A stretch of DNA of 64,000 nucleotides from Lama glama. Taxonomy: Eukaryota. A program made the translations under genes and the position numbers. The stretch lies in the NCBI GenBank assembly GCA_028534125.1, contig CM052827.1:25358001-25422000 (forward strand), written 5' to 3'. Each line of letters begins with the position of its first letter. The first letter of the stretch is position 1. A model generated the notes under the pieces. That model did no database searches, had not been told where the DNA came from, and was given only the letters and a program-made list of their open reading frames with translations. Below are positions 60,921 to 64,000 of the stretch, in pieces.

Positions 60921-61823
60921 CAGCCTCCCCATTTCTCCCCCATGTGGGACTCATGGGCTCCCTGGAGAGAGGGAGAGAGGTGGGCAGTGGGCGTGTCGCA
61001 GGGCATTAAGTAGGGCTGGAGGGCTGTGTTTCTAGCACTCTCAAAGACACAGGAAGGAAAAAGGAGGAATCAATCGTGCCGGGTCAGGACGGGAGCGTGG
61101 CATTGGGGGAGGTCCTAAAGGATCAGGCAAGACTTTGTAGACGGGACATGGTGTCAGGCCCTGGGAGACAAGCAGGTTGCTCCGGGCAGAGGAAAAACGT
61201 TCCCAGCAGAAGGAGCAGCCCGTGGAGGAGACAAACGCTGAGATGTACACAGCAACTGTCCTGTGTTTTCAAACCTGTGTGATAAGAACGTGAACAGGAG
61301 CAGGAGAAAGGGACATGGTGAGGNNNNNNNNNNNNNNNNNNNNNNNNNNNNNNNNNNNNNNNNNNNNNNNNNNNNNNNNNNNNNNNNNNNNNNNNNNNNN
61401 NNNNNNNNNNNNNNNNNNNNNNNNNNNNNNNNNNNNNNNNNNNNNNNNNNNNNNNNNNNNNNNNNNNNNNNNNNNNNNNNNNNNNNNNNNNNNNNNNNNN
61501 NNNNNNNNNNNNNNNNNNNNNNNNNNNNNNNNNNNNNNNNNNNNNNNNNNNNNNNNNNNNNNNNNNNNNNNNNNNNNNNNNNNNNNNNNNNNNNNNNNNN
61601 NNNNNNNNNNNNNNNNNNNNNNNNNNNNNNNNNNNNNNNNNNNNNNNNNNNNNNNNNNNNNNNNNNNNNNNNNNNNNNNNNNNNNNNNNNNNNNNNNNNN
61701 NNNNNNNNNNNNNNNNNNNNNNNNNNNNNNNNNNNNNNNNNNNNNNNNNNNNNNNNNNNNNNNNNNNNNNNNNNNNNNNNNNNNNNNNNNNNNNNNNNNN
61801 NNNNNNNNNNNNNNNNNNNNNNN

Positions 61824-62225
61824 CTCAGTAGGATTATTTGGGTGCAAGCAACAGAAAGAAATTCTGGTTAACATAAAACAAATGGGCGTTTATTGGAATG
61901 ATAACAGGGGTGGAGGTAAAAGGTACCAAGACGGAACCACAGGCCCATGGGGCATGCATGGGCTTCCAGTGTGCTGTTTATATTGGTGTCATTCAAGATT
62001 CCATTGAGTGTTCCGTTGGCTGAGCCCAGATCCTAAGCCCACCCCTGCAGGGTGGCCAGAGGAAGGGCCTGCCCCAAGAAGGCTCCAAGGACCCACGTGC
62101 CTTCTGAAGAGGGAAGGCAGGTACCCTGATGTGCCTTCCCAGCAATGCTGTTCTCAGTGGGAGAAGGGAAGTCCCTCAAAGGAAGTGGGGCAGATGCTTG
62201 GGAACCAAACCCACAAATGTCCCGT
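61824..62225 (-). mobile_element. Old MaLR LTR (MLT1K/M-like)
   Basis: 'gggtgcaagcaacagaaa...tctggttaacataaaacaaa...tttattggaa'. Confidence 0.6.
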
Positions 62226-62231
62226 AGGATC

Positions 62232-62645
62232 TTCACTCACTCTGCTCCAGCCACAATGGCCCTTTTGTTCTTCAAATACAGTAAGCTTGCTCCCACCACA
62301 GGGCCTTTGCACCTGCCATCCTCTCTACCTGAAACACTCTTCCCCTGGTTCTGCACATGTCTGGTTCCTTTTCCTCCTGCAGGACTCAGATCTCACATCA
62401 GCTTCTCTGAAAGGCCCTCCCTGGTCATTCATAGGTTTCCCCATCAGATCATCTTGCTCCCATCCTTCACAGGTCTCCCAATCACCCAACATTATCTTGT
62501 TTATTAGTTTATTAATTTGTCTACTCTGTATTGCCTATCTCCCCGCTAGGAATATAAGCACCATGAGAGCAATGACTGTAGTTAATTGCTACTGTACCCA
62601 ACACGGGGCTTTAATACATAGCTACCAAGGAAATAAACAAATAGG
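62232..62645 (+). mobile_element. L2 3' portion
   Basis: 'cactctgctccagccaca...cagggcctttgcacctgc...ggaatataagcaccatgagagca'. Confidence 0.85.
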
Positions 62646-62774
62646 AACAAGGAGACCCAGACAGAGAAGGTGGCTTGGCCAAAGATGACCAGAGAGAAGA
62701 TGATGATGTCCCCAAAGGTGCAGAAGCCAACCCTTGCCTGCTCTGGGGCACTGGGTGGTCCCTGGTTAAAATCA

Positions 62775-62970
62775 CGGGCCTGAAGCAGACTGTCTGGGTC
62801 AGTGCCCACTAACTGTGCCTCAGTGTCCACTGCATAAAGGGGTACCCCTATGTATAAAGGAATAATCATAATGCTATATTCTCAGGAACTCTTTTATAGG
62901 ATCAGAGGAACCAATACATGTGAAATGTTTAGAGCAGAGCCTGACGATGTCATGATGTAAGTTGTTATTA
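62775..62970 (+). mobile_element. MIR SINE
   Basis: 'cagactgtctgggtc...ctgtgcctcagtgtccactgcataaa...catgtgaaatgtttagagcagagcctgac'. Confidence 0.7.
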
Positions 62971-63424
62971 TTCTAGACCTTCTGAGTCCTCATCCCTGAT
63001 TGACAGATCAGTGCCCAGTCCCACCATCACTCCAACAAGGATGAAGAAGACGCAAGCAAGGCAGTTACAGTAATAATCAGAGAGACAGACTGCAGCCTCA
63101 TATGACCAGGGCCAGGAGATCCTACCACAGTGCCGCCAGCTCACCTTTGCAGAGCCCTTCGTTTGCAAGGTGCAGGTAACAGATCCCAGGTTTCCTATTG
63201 GCCGAGGTGCTTCCCTCCTGCTTTTCCACATGCCCTAGAGCTGGGAAGGAAGATGTCTGCTCCTTCACTCGCTATGTTCTCATGGGTGAGTGACTGCCAC
63301 CTTCGGAACCTCAGTTTCCTCCTCTTTAAATTGAAAATGAGAATCTCAGATGTGAAGTGGGTTTGATTTTGTTATGGAATAGGTGGGGAGCCAGTACAAA
63401 TACATCTCTAAGTCCCTTTAAGTC

Positions 63425-63600
63425 CTGCTTCTCAAACTTCAACTTTCCTTGAGTTCAGAATCACCTAGAAATCTTACCTAAAATCCAGGTTTTTAGAATG
63501 CACCCCTCCCACCCTGCAAAATCGGGCTCATTAACTCTAAAATGGAGTCCTAGGATATTTAAACAATCTCCTCCAGGGATTCTCAGGTTGAAGCTGATAG
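63425..63600. mobile_element. MER5-like remnant
   Basis: 'gcttctcaaactt...cagaatcacctagaaatctt...tttaaacaatctcctccagggattct'. Confidence 0.6.
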
Positions 63601-63618
63601 TGTGTGATTGCGCACTAA

Positions 63619-63715
63619 TGCCACTAGATGGAGCCACGAGCCCGGAGAATGTTCCGACCCAGTGGGCTCCTAGCTCTGAGGCTGCTTCGCCAAGAGTGGC
63701 CACCAGATGGCGCAG
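63619..63715 (+). promoter_or_regulatory. Tandem CTCF motifs (candidate insulator or loop anchor)
   Basis: TGCCACTAGATGGAGCC (63619-63635) and TGGCCACCAGATGGCGCAG (63697-63715), same orientation; both match the CCAC(C/T)AG(A/G)(G/T)GG(C/A)GC core. Confidence 0.7.
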
Positions 63716-64000
63716 TCTATCTGCAGAAGGAACTGTTCCTCCAAGGTGTGGGGTTGGGACGAGGATAGCCAGCCCTTGCAGAATCAGTGGTCTGAGGGGT
63801 ACACAGACATCCTTCCCTGCTGAGGTTGGTTCTAGCCCTGGGAAGGCGCTCTGAGGAGACCTAGTCCTATTTTCAGGGTGATAGGAATCCAGCTCCTAGT
63901 ACCATCAGAATCCCCTCTGCCAGTGGTTTGGCTGCAGGGGTGCTGGGAGGAGTGGAAGACAGTGGGGTTGGGGTGCTGAGCTAACAGAGGACCTAGCAGC

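Noticed and set aside
62008-62688. 226-aa ORF
   Set aside because: It runs across an MLT1 remnant and an L2 3' end; no known protein similarity.
1-64000. CRISPR array, operon or other novel multi-gene system; naming the host locus
   Set aside because: There is no regularly spaced repeat-spacer array and no gene-dense coding sequence; the DNA is repeat-rich mammalian non-coding sequence. I could not recognise the neighbouring gene from sequence alone, so no locus name is given.

Overview
This is mammalian genomic DNA, almost certainly camelid (alpaca/llama/camel), judged from five tRNA-Ala-derived Vic-1-type SINEs and cetartiodactyl/camelid-type L1 3' ends. It looks like a gene desert or a large intron. 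I recognise no protein-coding exon, true RNA gene, CRISPR array or prokaryotic system. The ORFs in the supplied track are chance ORFs, low-complexity translations or artefacts of N-runs. Much of the window is interspersed repeat: MIR, L2, old L1M, MaLR/ERVL LTRs, hAT-type MER elements, young L1 ends and SINEs, often nested and several with readable target-site duplications (TSDs). The unique DNA holds several candidate cis-regulatory elements: an orphan CpG island (~46.2-46.7 kb), a same-orientation CTCF motif pair (63.6-63.7 kb), AT-rich conserved-element-like blocks and transcription-factor motif clusters. Twelve N-runs (132-516 nt) hide about 3.2 kb, some of it next to the most conserved-looking sequence. 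I found no support for a novel biological system. The best leads are a miniature L1 3'-transduction, a very young micro-L1, a solo LTR with retained promoter motifs, the CpG island, the CTCF pair and the pattern of the N-runs. Repeat subfamily names come from recalled consensus similarity, not a database search, and boundaries of old repeats are approximate.
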